DNA from: Amphiscolops sp. MND2022
Taxonomy: Eukaryota
NCBI GenBank assembly: GCA_964187785.1
Contig: OZ076413.1
Location: 63,736,001-63,800,000, forward strand
Reading direction: 5' to 3'
Length of the DNA: 64,000 nt
Shown here: one piece after another, positions 63,013 through 64,000 of the stretch
How positions within the stretch are numbered: the stretch's first letter is position 1
Layout: every line of letters starts with the position of its first letter
The notes under the pieces: generated by a model
The model's input: the letters and a program-made list of their open reading frames with translations, nothing else
Told to the model about the DNA's origin: nothing
The model's database searches: none
Program-made: the position numbers and the translations under genes

Positions 63013-63999
63013 TCAAAACGAAAGTTGTTTAAAAGTGCCATCACGGTATCTCTTGAGAGCGACAATCGCAGATACACCTTCACCCAGTGTTTTTCCACTG
63101 CATTGATCCAAGAACAAAGGTCTTTTGTCGTTGACACGATTTTCAACAAGTTTGGATCCGGGCTGAAGAATGTATGGCTCCGGGTCAACCAGCATTTTTT
63201 TCTCGTCAACTTCAGCTAAAAAATCGATAATCAAGAATTTGAAACCCCCAGCTGCGAATCGTTTTGCTAATTTGGAATATTGTGATGGTTCATTTCCACC
63301 CTCCCGTGTTGCTGATGACCCTCTTTTCCTTGGTTTCTTCATGTCGTTAATTTCCTCTGTGGAACCGGTACCTAAGATTAAGTCTTTTTCGTCCTTGACG
63401 AGAACAAAACAATTGGGGAGCTGTGAATGGGTGCTCATCAACACGTCAGCTTGTTCATTTTCTAGAACAGTTCCTCCCATATTGATGATCAATTGCTTCA
63501 CTAGGTCATGTGTTAGAGTATGTTTTTTCCAAGTACCCAAGCGACCAAGCAGACAAAATCTTAATCCACTTAAAGGATTTTCTTGACATCCAATGGCGAT
63601 AGTTGTTAATGGTGGTTCTATGCGGCAAATATCAAGGTACTCAGGTCCCGGAACGTCAATGCCCATCACTTTTGTTGCACTATGAAGTATACTCATTACG
63701 CTGTTTGTGGTACTTTTCGAAACTGTCTGATAGATCTTTCTGTTTCCAGTCATATTATGGTCATCGAAGTAGACCTCTGTTGTTGCGTCTTGTTCAGGTT
63801 CCATGATATTCCTGGAAGTTGGTTCAGCGTCCGACCCTTTGTCTTCAACTTCAACTGCGAATCTTAAAAATTTCAAGAAAGAAAAGGACGACTCGAGGAA
63901 TAGTGGATCCTTGTGATAAATCTTACCCCCTCCGCGCATTGTTTTTGTCTGAAAGCCACGATTAGCGTGGTGGTTCGATTTTTCAAGACCTTCACACAA
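63013..63999 (-). CDS. C-terminal part of a BRCT-domain protein (5' end outside the window); possible DDE-transposase C-terminus upstream of the BRCT
   Basis: 328-codon open frame to the window edge. BRCT-like PLSGLRFCLLGRLG...LVKQLIINMGGTV...FLIIDFL...DPEPYIL. The N-terminal EGLEKSNH segment resembles an ExxExxN catalytic helix. Confidence 0.65.
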   Translation of the reverse strand: MCEGLEKSNHHANRGFQTKTMRGGGKIYHKDPLFLESSFSFLKFLRFAVEVEDKGSDAEPTSRNIMEPEQDATTEVYFDDHNMTGNRKIYQTVSKSTTNSVMSILHSATKVMGIDVPGPEYLDICRIEPPLTTIAIGCQENPLSGLRFCLLGRLGTWKKHTLTHDLVKQLIINMGGTVLENEQADVLMSTHSQLPNCFVLVKDEKDLILGTGSTEEINDMKKPRKRGSSATREGGNEPSQYSKLAKRFAAGGFKFLIIDFLAEVDEKKMLVDPEPYILQPGSKLVENRVNDKRPLFLDQCSGKTLGEGVSAIVALKRYRDGTFKQLSF

Positions 64000-64000
64000 A

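Overview
AT-rich eukaryotic (animal-like, spliceosomal GT-AG introns) genomic window dominated by transposable elements. Main contents: (1) several non-autonomous repeat families (Helentron/DINE-like, MITE/foldback, tRNA-derived SINE-like heads); (2) an intact 1,278-bp Tc1-type DNA transposon (20556-21833; 28-bp perfect TIRs, TA target duplication) whose transposase has DD35E spacing; (3) a decayed CR1/L2-type LINE with an SGNH-esterase ORF1 (minus strand, ~27850-32300); (4) a full-length but frameshifted Ty3/Gypsy LTR retrotransposon (39616-45421; 210-bp LTRs, GCAAC TSD); (5) a decayed Polinton/Maverick (adintovirus-like) element (~45703-55790) with pPolB, major capsid protein, membrane protein, integrase and packaging ATPase, whose genes carry recurrent GC-rich mini-hairpin motifs; (6) a 9-exon gene that I reconstructed by hand (57531-62383, 713 aa), encoding four CCHC zinc fingers fused to a KDM2/KDM7-type JmjC domain with an intact HxD...H triad. 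It faces a window-truncated ORF with a BRCT domain and a possible DDE-transposase catalytic helix. The most interesting hypothesis is that this ZnF-JmjC + transposase-like/BRCT pair is the cargo of a large DNA transposon inserted into the Polinton. No rRNA, bona fide tRNA or CRISPR array was recognised. All family assignments come from motif recognition by eye, not from database searches.
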